From an uncultured Candidatus Saccharibacteria bacterium (lineage in GTDB: Bacteria > Patescibacteriota > Minisyncoccia > Phycocordibacterales > SBAW01): DNA of 64,000 nucleotides. Position numbers and translations under genes: made by a program. Position 1 is the first letter of the stretch; each line of letters opens with the position of its first letter. The notes beneath the pieces are model-generated. The model was not told where the DNA came from and ran no database searches. It saw only the letters and a list, made by a program, of their open reading frames with translations. The stretch lies in contig CAYHDT010000002.1 of assembly GCA_964355655.1 (NCBI GenBank), positions 15,598 to 79,597 of the forward strand. The letters run 5' to 3'. Shown piece by piece: positions 46,733-55,348 of the stretch.

Positions 46733-48607
46733 ATGTACCGGATGCAGAGGGAAACGAAGAAATTGGCACCGCCAAAAGCGGTACTCAAGGCTTATTGGCC
46801 GTATGTAAAGCGGCACCCTTTTCTATTGTCTATAGTGCTCGGGAGCGGCGTGGCAATGCAGGTGGTAAGCCTGTTTGCGCCGTGGTACATGCGGCAGTTT
46901 TTTAACACACTCGCACTCGCACAACCGAGCGCTGAAGCCGCCGCGGCCTTATTTGCCACATTGTCTATTATTGCGGCATTGTGGGTGGCTGACCGGATTT
47001 TCCGCCGGCTCGAGGACCATGGCAATATTTATATGCAATCGCGGATAATGACCGAACTGTATGAAGACTCGTTCAGTTATCTGCTGGGACATTCGTACAA
47101 TTTTTTTGCATCCAACTTCGCTGGTTCGCTCACGCATAAAGTAAGCCGCTATACGCGTGCCTTCGAAACTATTGCAGACAATATCCTCATACAATTTTTC
47201 CCCACAACTCTCTTCGTTCTCGGGGCGGTCGGCGTGCTTTTTATGCGCAATCACTGGCTCGGAGCAGCGCTGGGCGCATGGTGCGTGCTCTTTGTCTGGT
47301 TCCAGATATTCATCGCCCGAGTGCGTCAGCCGGTGCGCGCCGCCCGCTCCGAGGCGGATACTCGGGTGACCGGCGTCTTAGCCGACGCCGTCTCAAATCA
47401 GTCGACTATCGCGCTCTTCTCCGGATTTGCATTCGAGAGCCTACAGCTCAAGGAAGTGGTCGCTGACTGGCATACAAAAACTCTCCGCAACTGGCTGGTC
47501 GATGGCTGGATGTGGTTTGCCATCGGACTCTTTGTGGTGGCTATCCAAGTGGGGCTCATGTGGGGCGCGGTTATTCTTTGGCGAGCGGGCTCGCTAACTC
47601 TCGGGGACTTCGTACTCATCCAATCCTACCTCCTCACGGTCTTCAATCAGCTGATGGGCATCGGATTTAACCTGCGCCGGTTTTACGACGCGTTTGCTGA
47701 TGCGGGGGAAATGGTGGCAATACTGCAAACTCCGCATACCATCACGAATAAAAAAGATGCAAAAAAATTGCAGGTAACCAAAGGAGAAATTTGGTTTGAC
47801 GATGTTTCCTTCGGCTTCAATGACGGGACGCCGGTGCTGGACAACTTTAACCTCAAAATAAAGGGGGGCGAAAAGATAGCGCTGGTCGGGCCCTCCGGCG
47901 CAGGTAAGACGACCGTTACCAAACTTCTGCTCCGTTTGTACGACGTAAAGAAAGGTGCCATAAAAATAGACGGGCAAAATATTGCCGAGGTGACACAAGA
48001 CAGTTTGCGCGACGCAATCAGCTTTGTGCCGCAGGAGCCGATACTCTTCCACCGCACGCTTATGGAGAACATCCGCTACGGCCGGCGCGACGCGAGCGAC
48101 GCGGAAGTTATAGCAGCCGCGCGTCAGGCGCACTGCCACGAGTTTATAGACAAACTTCCGGAAAAATATAACACCTTCGTCGGCGAGCGCGGCGTCAAAC
48201 TTTCCGGCGGCGAGCGCCAGCGGGTGGCTATCGCGCGCGCTTTGCTTAAGAACGCTCCTGTGCTGGTGCTCGACGAAGCAACCTCCAGCCTCGACTCGGA
48301 GTCCGAGGCGCTTATACAAGACGCGCTTGAAACGCTTATGCAGGGAAAAACGGTTATCGTGATAGCACACCGGCTCTCTACTATTATGAAGATGGACCGC
48401 ATAGTGGTCGTACAAGACGGCGGGATAGTTGCGCAGGGCACACACTTGGAACTGGTTAATCAGGAGGGCCTTTACCGCAAACTTTGGAGCATACAGGCAG
48501 GGGGATTTATCGGAGACGGGCATAAACCCGCTGATAATAGTGCGGAGGAAGTGCTTGATGAAGCCGAGGAAACAGACGACCTTGCGGACGAAGAAAAACC
48601 GCAGTAA
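46733..48607 (+). CDS. ABC transporter, fused permease/ATP-binding exporter (MsbA/multidrug type)
   Basis: Six N-terminal TM helices. Walker A GPSGAGKTT, signature LSGGERQR, Walker B VLVLDEATS. Confidence 0.9.
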   Translation: MYRMQRETKKLAPPKAVLKAYWPYVKRHPFLLSIVLGSGVAMQVVSLFAPWYMRQFFNTLALAQPSAEAAAALFATLSIIAALWVADRIFRRLEDHGNIYMQSRIMTELYEDSFSYLLGHSYNFFASNFAGSLTHKVSRYTRAFETIADNILIQFFPTTLFVLGAVGVLFMRNHWLGAALGAWCVLFVWFQIFIARVRQPVRAARSEADTRVTGVLADAVSNQSTIALFSGFAFESLQLKEVVADWHTKTLRNWLVDGWMWFAIGLFVVAIQVGLMWGAVILWRAGSLTLGDFVLIQSYLLTVFNQLMGIGFNLRRFYDAFADAGEMVAILQTPHTITNKKDAKKLQVTKGEIWFDDVSFGFNDGTPVLDNFNLKIKGGEKIALVGPSGAGKTTVTKLLLRLYDVKKGAIKIDGQNIAEVTQDSLRDAISFVPQEPILFHRTLMENIRYGRRDASDAEVIAAARQAHCHEFIDKLPEKYNTFVGERGVKLSGGERQRVAIARALLKNAPVLVLDEATSSLDSESEALIQDALETLMQGKTVIVIAHRLSTIMKMDRIVVVQDGGIVAQGTHLELVNQEGLYRKLWSIQAGGFIGDGHKPADNSAEEVLDEAEETDDLADEEKPQ

Positions 48608-48619
48608 AGTAAACTCATA

Positions 48620-49705
48620 ATGTCCGGTAAACGAGATTACTACGAGTTGCTGGGAGTCCAAAAAGGAGCCTCTAAGGAGGAAATTAAAAAAGCGTTCCAC
48701 AAGCTTGCGCACAAATTCCACCCTGATAAAAAAGAAGGGGACGCGAGCAAGTTTAAAGAGGTTTCCGAAGCGTACTCCATTTTGAGCGACGACAAAAAGC
48801 GCGCCGAGTACGACTCGTACGGCCGCGTCTTCGGAGGCGGGGGAGCCGCGGGCGCGGGGGCCGCGGGCGGTTTTAATACGGCGGGCTTTGATTTCTCTCA
48901 ATTCCAGGACGCCTTCAACCAAGGCGGCTTTGACATGGGGGATATTTTTAGCGATCTGTTTACGGGCGGCAATGTCCGGCAAAAGCGCGGCCGCGATATT
49001 TCTATCGACCTGGAAATAAGCTTCCGCGACTCGGTCTTCGGCGTTAAGCGCACTGTGCTTCTGGCCAAGACCAGCGTTTGCAACTCGTGCCAGGGCTCGG
49101 GCGCCGCAAAGGGTACAGAGACAGTTACCTGTACCCACTGCAACGGACAGGGCAAAGTGCACGAAACAACAAACTCTTTCTTCGGCACGGTTACGATGGT
49201 CCAACCCTGCAAACCGTGTAAAGGCAAGGGCAAGATTCCTAAAGAAAAGTGCCAGACCTGCCGCGGCGAAGGCGTCTACAAAAAGCAGGATGAAATAGAG
49301 ATAGCGGTGCCGGCCGGCATCGACGGCGGAGAGATGATACGCCTGACCGGCATGGGAGAGGCTGTGGCGGGCGGCTCCGCGGGAGACTTGTACGTCAAGG
49401 TGCATGTAAGCCCCGACCCACGCTTTAAAAAAGACGGTCCCAATCTTATTACGGAGCTTTCGGTCAAGCTGTCCGACGCACTGCTCGGCGCCAGCTATAA
49501 AATAGAAACGCTCGACGGCCAAGAAACGCTGGATATCCCGCAAGGAGTAACTCACGGCGAAATGTTGAACTTAAAAGGCCGGGGCGTACCAACCGCCCGC
49601 GGCAAGCGCGGCGACCTGTATGTTAAGGTTAAAATAAACCTGCCGAGCAAACTTTCAAAATCAGCCCGCGGATTGGTGGAGAAACTCCGAGAGGAAGGGA
49701 TATAA
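48620..49705 (+). CDS. dnaJ: Chaperone DnaJ
   Basis: J-domain with HPD (HKFHPDKK), G-rich linker, and four CxxCxGxG zinc-finger repeats. Confidence 0.95.
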   Translation: MSGKRDYYELLGVQKGASKEEIKKAFHKLAHKFHPDKKEGDASKFKEVSEAYSILSDDKKRAEYDSYGRVFGGGGAAGAGAAGGFNTAGFDFSQFQDAFNQGGFDMGDIFSDLFTGGNVRQKRGRDISIDLEISFRDSVFGVKRTVLLAKTSVCNSCQGSGAAKGTETVTCTHCNGQGKVHETTNSFFGTVTMVQPCKPCKGKGKIPKEKCQTCRGEGVYKKQDEIEIAVPAGIDGGEMIRLTGMGEAVAGGSAGDLYVKVHVSPDPRFKKDGPNLITELSVKLSDALLGASYKIETLDGQETLDIPQGVTHGEMLNLKGRGVPTARGKRGDLYVKVKINLPSKLSKSARGLVEKLREEGI

Positions 49706-49738
49706 AAAAACGGCGGCCCGGAGGCTGCCGTTTCGATT
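49706..49738 (+). terminator. Intrinsic terminator after dnaJ
   Basis: CGGCGGCCcggaGGCTGCCG followed by TTTCGATT. Confidence 0.55.
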
Positions 49739-49993
49739 GATCCAATATTCAGGGACAAACGACTGTCGCTGTCTTGGAGACAATCTGGAAGTTCGACTCG
49801 AAGTAGGCAATTGCTACCATGGAGGCCAAGAGAAATAGAGCAAACGGCCATTGGTTTACCAAGCTGCGGATCAAAGGCATCGAAACATCTCCCGTGAAGA
49901 TCTGACGGTATAGATTGTACTCCGTGTTGTTAAAAAGTCAATAGGCGATTAGAACTTCAGAAATAAGGGTTTTGTTGGTACACTAAGCCCCAT

Positions 49994-50965
49994 ATGGCAG
50001 GAGGCAAAAAGCGGCTTTTGACCGGTTTACAGTCGTCGGGCCGGTTGCATATAGGCAACTACCTCGGCGCGTTGAAGCCTTTTGTTAACTTGTACGCCGA
50101 GTACGAAAGCATGCTGATGGTCGCCGACTATCACGCGCTCACCTCGCTTAAAGACCCCGCGGCTGTGCGCGAGGGGATAGTAGACGTAGTGGCCGACTAC
50201 CTTGCCATAGGGGTAGACCCTACCAAAGCGACGATTTTTAAACAGTCGGACGTGCTGGAACACACCGAGCTGGCGTGGATTTTTGACTGCTTGGTAACCG
50301 TGCCGTTTTTGCAACAGGCGCATGCCTACAAAGACAAGGTTGCCAAAGGCTTGGAGGCCAATGCAGGGCTGTTTACCTACCCGATGCTCATGGCGGCCGA
50401 CATACTGCTGTACGACACCAATGTGGTGCCGGTAGGCGAGGATCAGCGCCAGCATGTCGAGTACGCGCGCGAGGCGGCTAAAAAATTTAATATCGCGTAC
50501 GGGCAAACTTTTATAGAGCCTGAGGAAATGATACTAAAAGGCGTCGGTGTTATCCCCGGTACTGACGGCAAAAAAATGTCCAAAAGCTATGGCAACACCA
50601 TACCGCTCTTTGGCAGCGACGACGACATCCGCACCGCGGTTATGTCTATTAAGACCGATTCCACCGCCGTGGGCGAGCCGCTTAACCCCGCCACGGACAT
50701 TACCTTCCAACTGCATATGCACTTTACCCCCAACCTGGCCGAGGTGCAGAAGCGCTATATGGACGGCACTATCGGCTACAAAGAATCTAAAGAGTTGCTG
50801 GCCAACAATATCATCGCGACCATCTCACCCATGCGCGAGCGCCGGGCGGCCCTAAGCCGCGAGGCGATTATTCAGGTGCTCAAAGACGGCGCCGAGGTTG
50901 CCCGCGCCCGCGCGAGCACAAAAATGAAAGAGGTGCGCGAGAAAGTGGGCGTCGGGTTGTATTAA
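49994..50965 (+). CDS. trpS: Tryptophanyl-tRNA synthetase
   Basis: LTGLQSSGRLHIGNYLGA (HIGH-like) and KMSKSYGN (KMSKS). Confidence 0.92.
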   Translation: MAGGKKRLLTGLQSSGRLHIGNYLGALKPFVNLYAEYESMLMVADYHALTSLKDPAAVREGIVDVVADYLAIGVDPTKATIFKQSDVLEHTELAWIFDCLVTVPFLQQAHAYKDKVAKGLEANAGLFTYPMLMAADILLYDTNVVPVGEDQRQHVEYAREAAKKFNIAYGQTFIEPEEMILKGVGVIPGTDGKKMSKSYGNTIPLFGSDDDIRTAVMSIKTDSTAVGEPLNPATDITFQLHMHFTPNLAEVQKRYMDGTIGYKESKELLANNIIATISPMRERRAALSREAIIQVLKDGAEVARARASTKMKEVREKVGVGLY

Positions 50966-51000
50966 AAATAGCAAAACGGCGGAGCTTGTGGGCTCCGCCG
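50965..51000. terminator. Hairpin CGGCGGAGCttgtggGCTCCGCCG; the T-run is on the minus-strand side, so it terminates the 51008-51379(-) ORF
   Basis: 9 bp GC-rich stem. On the plus strand an A-run precedes the hairpin. Confidence 0.5.
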
Positions 51001-51007
51001 CTGACGC

Positions 51008-51379
51008 TTAGTGCGCATATTTTTGATCGAAGTCTTCGCCGACATTACCACCAAGACCATAGTCCTGGGCAATGATGTTGTCGACGCTAAGACCAGCGAC
51101 CATCTTTTGTTCGCTGTTACACCTGGGCTGCATAGCGCCAACCAGCTTCCATTGGTCGTTGTCACCGGCAACGAGGTCACAGAGTACCGTGTCGCTATAC
51201 TGGACCCTTCCCTGATCGTTTGCGATCTGCAGGGTTGCCCGCACCCCTTTGGGACTCTTGTCTTGTGCCAAAGGCGGTTTCGGCATCTTCACGAATAGTG
51301 AGATCATCGTCTTGTCCTCTATGTGTGATGGAAAGGCGGCTTGTGGTGGCTCCGGACAAACCTGCTCTCCATTGTACAC
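51008..51379 (-). CDS. Hypothetical protein (at most 123 aa)
   Basis: Its stop abuts a terminator whose T-run is on this strand. The competing + ORF 51011-51298 is judged less likely. Confidence 0.4.
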   Translation of the reverse strand: MYNGEQVCPEPPQAAFPSHIEDKTMISLFVKMPKPPLAQDKSPKGVRATLQIANDQGRVQYSDTVLCDLVAGDNDQWKLVGAMQPRCNSEQKMVAGLSVDNIIAQDYGLGGNVGEDFDQKYAH

Positions 51380-51455
51380 CTGAAATACCTTTTTGTCAAG
51401 TATAATCCACCAAGCCAGGTAAGACTTTTTTTGCTATAGTTAACGGAACATTTAT

Positions 51456-52742
51456 ATGGAGCGCACTCTTATTGCCGATTTGCAAAACAAAAAAGGGGAG
51501 GCGGTAACCATCCAGGGCTGGGTTAGCGTGCGGCGCGACCAGGGCAAGATGGTATTTTTTGACTTCCGCGACCGCTCGGGCGTGGTACAGGGCGTTACCT
51601 TACCCGCTTCGCCGGCGATAGAAACCGCTAAAGAGGTGCGCAATGAGTACGTGGTTTCGGTCGAAGGCAAGGTCAACGAGCGCCCGGAAAAAAATCGCAA
51701 GGAGGGTGTGCAAAACGGCGATATCGAGTTGGAAGTACTGGGTATAGAAATAATCTCCAAGGCAGAAATTCCGTTTGAGCTGGGCACTGAAGTCAATCTC
51801 GATACGTATCTCGACCACATGCCCTTTACCCTACGGGCAGAAAAGGCGAAGCAGATTTTTAAAGTACAGCAGGCGATAATCGAAGGATTTCGAGAGGGAA
51901 TGAAAGCCCAGGACTTTACCGAATTTCAGGCGCCCGCGCTGGTGGGCGGCGACGCCGAGGGCGGAGCCGCGGCTTTTAAGGTTGACTATTACTACGAGCA
52001 AAAAGCCTACCTAGCAACCAGCCCGCAACTGTACAAACAAATAATGGTGGGTGTTTTTGAAAGGGCTTTTACCACGCCTAAGATATTCCGTGGAGAAAAG
52101 CACGCTACCACGCGCCACCTCAGCGAGTATACATCGCTCGACTTTGAAATGGGTTTTATTAAAGACCATACCGACGTAATGGCCGCGCTGGCGAAGACCA
52201 TGCGAATAATCGTCAAGAAAACGGGTATTGACGTTGCCATACCGGAACAGATTCCTGTATTAAAATTGCGCGAAGTGCAAAAGATACTTGGTGTGGGAGA
52301 GGAGCCCGACCTCGAGCCCGAGCATGAGCGCGCCATTTGCGAGTGGGCGCTGCGTGAGCACAACTCAGATTTTGTGTTTGTGACGCACTACCCCGTCAGC
52401 AAGCGGCCATTCTACACTTACGAAGACGAGGCCGACCCGGGTTTTACCAAAAGTTTTGACCTCCTCTTCCGCGGGCTAGAGATTACGACCGGCGGCCAAC
52501 GCATCCACAACTACGACGCGCTGGTGGCCGCTGCAAAGGCAAAAGGGCTCGACCCAAGCAAGTTTTCTTATTATCTGGAGACGTTTAAAGTCGGCATGCC
52601 GCCGCACGGCGGCTCGGCCACGGGGCTCGAGCGCCTGACCGCCCGCTTGCTTAACCTCCCCAATGTCAAAGAAGCAACTCTCTTCCCCCGCGACCTCAAC
52701 CGCATCGACATCCTCCTCTCGACAGATAAAAAAGAAGAATAA
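51456..52742 (+). CDS. aspS: Aspartyl-tRNA synthetase, archaeal/eukaryal type (probably non-discriminating)
   Basis: N-terminal OB fold. Class II motifs include FRGLEITTGGQRIHN, VGMPPHGGSATGLERL and TLFPRD, which match archaeal-type AspRS rather than AsnRS. Confidence 0.8.
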   Translation: MERTLIADLQNKKGEAVTIQGWVSVRRDQGKMVFFDFRDRSGVVQGVTLPASPAIETAKEVRNEYVVSVEGKVNERPEKNRKEGVQNGDIELEVLGIEIISKAEIPFELGTEVNLDTYLDHMPFTLRAEKAKQIFKVQQAIIEGFREGMKAQDFTEFQAPALVGGDAEGGAAAFKVDYYYEQKAYLATSPQLYKQIMVGVFERAFTTPKIFRGEKHATTRHLSEYTSLDFEMGFIKDHTDVMAALAKTMRIIVKKTGIDVAIPEQIPVLKLREVQKILGVGEEPDLEPEHERAICEWALREHNSDFVFVTHYPVSKRPFYTYEDEADPGFTKSFDLLFRGLEITTGGQRIHNYDALVAAAKAKGLDPSKFSYYLETFKVGMPPHGGSATGLERLTARLLNLPNVKEATLFPRDLNRIDILLSTDKKEE

Positions 52743-52750
52743 ACTTCTAT

Positions 52751-53518
52751 ATGCTTGAAAAAATTTCTTCAACAATCAAAGATTTTTTAGGGGATTCAAA
52801 TGAATTTATCGAATCAGCAACAATAGCCGCGGAAGACAGAATAACTTCCCCTTTTTACGGTTATTTCCTTATTTCCTGGTTTATATTTAACTGGAAAATT
52901 GTATATGTAGCTTTCTTTATTGATCAAACCAAACTTTATGAAAAAACAGGCTTGTTGCGTAATGAATATTTAAATTCTATAATCCCCTCGCACTTGAGTT
53001 GGAATTTTTGGTTCTATTTTGCTATTTGTCCTTTTTTACTGACGGTGTTCTTCTTTTGGATATCACCATATTTTACTCGACATTTCTTTAGGAAAAATAT
53101 CCGGAATAAAAAACAATTAAAAATAATTGAACTCCAAGAAAGTCAGGAGGTAAAGAAAGAGGAAAAGGCTTTAGTAAAAGCTGAAACCGCACTCATTGAA
53201 GAGAAGGTAGAAAAAGTTAAACGCGAAAAAAAAGCTGTAAAAGAAACTCCTGAAGTTATTTGGGAAAATGAATTTGAAATTTTTAGAAAGCACCCAATCT
53301 ATAGTGGAATGGATAGCCTAAAAAAAATACTTTATGAAAGAAGCGGCCTGACACGGGAATGGGATGGTAATCAGTATCGTCTCATGATTAACTCTGATAT
53401 CTTGGCTGCTGCAGACTCAAGAGGGCTAGTAGAAATTCAGGGTAGTGGAAAATTAGAAAAAATTGAACTTACACCAAAAGGAAAATTTTTTATGGCAAAA
53501 TTCTTGGAAGGAAAATAA
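52751..53518 (+). CDS. Hypothetical membrane/coiled-coil protein (255 aa) encoded in low-GC DNA
   Basis: TM helices followed by a Lys/Glu-rich coiled coil. Local GC is about 27-42%. Confidence 0.5.
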   Translation: MLEKISSTIKDFLGDSNEFIESATIAAEDRITSPFYGYFLISWFIFNWKIVYVAFFIDQTKLYEKTGLLRNEYLNSIIPSHLSWNFWFYFAICPFLLTVFFFWISPYFTRHFFRKNIRNKKQLKIIELQESQEVKKEEKALVKAETALIEEKVEKVKREKKAVKETPEVIWENEFEIFRKHPIYSGMDSLKKILYERSGLTREWDGNQYRLMINSDILAAADSRGLVEIQGSGKLEKIELTPKGKFFMAKFLEGK

Positions 53519-53524
53519 CGCCGA

Positions 53525-53878
53525 ATGAAACTCGTGTACAAAACTGCAGCAGAGGGTATATTTCTGCTCCACCTCTGCTTAGTTTTGCTTGTTGTGTTTT
53601 TTGGTTGGTATATACCCGCGCTGTGGCCCTGGTATGTGGCGGCGCTCGTTGCCACACTCGTCTCAGACCTCTTGTTCGGCTACTGCATACTCAGCAAATG
53701 GGAGTTTGATCTACGGCGCAAGGTCAACCCCGACACCGACTACGATTTTGCCTGGGCGACTTACTACACCTACAAAATTACCAACAAACGCATCTCCAAC
53801 GTTTTGTATTGGCGATTATCGATATTCTTTCTAACTGCGTCTCTCGGTATCAGTCTCTACTCCCGTTTTTTTATATAA
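53525..53878 (+). CDS. Small membrane protein (117 aa), hypothetical
   Basis: 3-4 TM helices. Lies in the low-GC insert. Confidence 0.45.
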   Translation: MKLVYKTAAEGIFLLHLCLVLLVVFFGWYIPALWPWYVAALVATLVSDLLFGYCILSKWEFDLRRKVNPDTDYDFAWATYYTYKITNKRISNVLYWRLSIFFLTASLGISLYSRFFI

Positions 53879-53936
53879 ATTAGCAAGATTTAGGAAAAAT
53901 TGACAACAAAAATTAGATAGTTTAAATTATCCCCAG

Positions 53937-54440
53937 TTGTTATCCAACCCAACCTGGGAGGAATTAATGTCCAAAATATCCGCAGTCGTGCCTGGTTTTA
54001 TATCCTACGAGGAGACTGACGGTCTGCTTGGTGTTGCCGTTGAGCTCTTTCGTGCCGGCAGTGGCGAAAACGTTGTCCGGGTTTCCCATGAATGGCTCAT
54101 GCAGATTAATAAAGTCGCCGGCTATAATTACGGCCGTCTTTCGGTGGTCATGCATCCGCAAGCTTTTACCGGCTACCAAGGCCAGCGCGGAATCTCTATT
54201 TCTATCGTACCGGGCAACTTTGACGGAAAGCTGAGCGAAGCCGAAAAAGACTTTCGAGAGCCGTTGCGGCCGTACCAATTGGGCAACTACGGTCATGCTG
54301 GTGGTTCTGGCTTCCATGAGGGAGTCTTTACCATCGATACCAACCTCGATGACGCCATTCGGTTGCATAAGGCTCTTGGCAAAGTCATCGCCAACGCGAA
54401 GCGTCTCGGCAAAAAACCGAAGCTCAAAAGCGCCGCCTAA
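53937..54440 (+). CDS. Hypothetical protein (167 aa)
   Basis: ORF of normal GC content. Followed by a terminator. Confidence 0.45.
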   Translation: MLSNPTWEELMSKISAVVPGFISYEETDGLLGVAVELFRAGSGENVVRVSHEWLMQINKVAGYNYGRLSVVMHPQAFTGYQGQRGISISIVPGNFDGKLSEAEKDFREPLRPYQLGNYGHAGGSGFHEGVFTIDTNLDDAIRLHKALGKVIANAKRLGKKPKLKSAA

Positions 54441-54452
54441 CTTGTTTCGAGC

Positions 54453-54477
54453 TCCTGTTTTTCAACAGGAGTTTTTA
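54453..54477 (+). terminator. Intrinsic terminator
   Basis: CTCCTGtttttcaaCAGGAG followed by TTTTT. Confidence 0.6.
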
Positions 54478-54480
54478 TAT

Positions 54481-54597
54481 AAACTGGAGCGCCTGACCGC
54501 CCGCCTGCTTAACCTCCCCAATGTCAAAGAAGCAACTCTCTTCCCCCGCGACCTAAATAGAATCGACACCCTGTTGAGTACCGATAAAGGAGAATAG
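54481..54597 (+). pseudogene. Duplicated 3'-terminal fragment of aspS (encodes ...LERLTARLLNLPNVKEATLFPRDLNRIDTLLSTDKGE*)
   Basis: About 72 nt are near-identical (2 mismatches) to 52625-52697. The tail encodes the same peptide with mostly synonymous, AT-shifted codons. No upstream catalytic domain. Confidence 0.7.
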
Positions 54598-54664
54598 GCG
54601 GTATATTGACTTATTCCGGTTTGTACGATTAAATACCCGCTAGGCAGAAAATGGGTACAAACAC

Positions 54665-55048
54665 ATGAGCACCTTCACGAGACAAGATTTCATTGATGCG
54701 GCTCTGCGCCTCAATTGGGAGTGGGTGGACAAGAACCTTAACGACGGGGACATCACCCCCGATGATATTCTTTGGGCCACAACTACCGGCATAAAGGACG
54801 CCAGCAAAGATATCCGCGACCTGGCGGCGACCTATCTCACCACATCGGTCCTGCCGCTCGCGCTTGAAGACGAGCGCAAGCTCGTACGGGTGATGCTGAC
54901 AGACCCGTACCATATCGTTCAATACCGCCTGGCGATCGCGCTCTACAAGCGCGGCAACCGCATCGTCGAAGTTGTAAATATGTTTCAGAAAGCTCTCGAC
55001 GACGAGGATGTCGGCCGGGTCGCGTTCACATATAAAGCCGCCGCGTGA
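54665..55048 (+). CDS. Hypothetical protein (127 aa), possibly helical-repeat
   Basis: ORF followed by a terminator. No motif. Confidence 0.45.
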   Translation: MSTFTRQDFIDAALRLNWEWVDKNLNDGDITPDDILWATTTGIKDASKDIRDLAATYLTTSVLPLALEDERKLVRVMLTDPYHIVQYRLAIALYKRGNRIVEVVNMFQKALDDEDVGRVAFTYKAAA

Positions 55049-55060
55049 GCGGCCTTATCA

Positions 55061-55083
55061 GCCGCCCAAGGGCGGCTTTTTTA
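55061..55083 (+). terminator. Intrinsic terminator
   Basis: GCCGCCCaagGGCGGC followed by TTTTTT. Confidence 0.65.
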
Positions 55084-55091
55084 CTTCGCAA

Positions 55092-55262
55092 AATAAAAAA
55101 CACCGGACTGAGCCGGTGCTGTGATAATAAGGCAGGTCCCCAAGGCTCGACGCGCTGGTAAGGAGGTAGGAACCGAGGGGACCCGTACTTTCTCCAGGAT
55201 CTCTCACCGGAGCGGGCAGGTTGGAACCTGGCCGTTTCACTCTCCTCCTCCTAGCTGAATCC
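55092..55262 (-). ncRNA. Candidate small structured RNA (about 170 nt) with its own intrinsic terminator; identity unresolved (SRP or 6S-like?)
   Basis: Minus-strand terminator CACCGGctcagtCCGGTG plus a T-run at 55092-55118. Upstream lie extended complementary segments (GGTCCCC/GGGGACC, CCGGTG/CACCGG). No ORF. Convergent with the + strand terminator. Confidence 0.35.
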
Positions 55263-55348
55263 ACAAACACTCTAGCATTATTTAATACAAAAACAAAAGC
55301 TAAACCGGCCTTTTGTTTTTGTTGAAAATGTTGTCTTTTAAAGGTATA

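Noticed and set aside
47594-49555. 653 aa ORF antisense to the ABC exporter and dnaJ
   Set aside because: It spans two well-supported + strand genes. Arg/Leu/Val composition typical of shadow ORFs.
49770-49850. tRNA-like segment (GAAGTTCGACTCGAAG ... GCTACCA)
   Set aside because: No complementary T-stem, acceptor stem or anticodon arm could be drawn.
55100-55260. Assignment of the candidate RNA specifically as SRP (4.5S) RNA
   Set aside because: It starts with GGTGCTGT and has a CCAAGGC..GACGCG stretch, but the hallmark domain IV GGAAGCAGC/GNRA arrangement is not found on either strand. Kept only as a generic ncRNA candidate.
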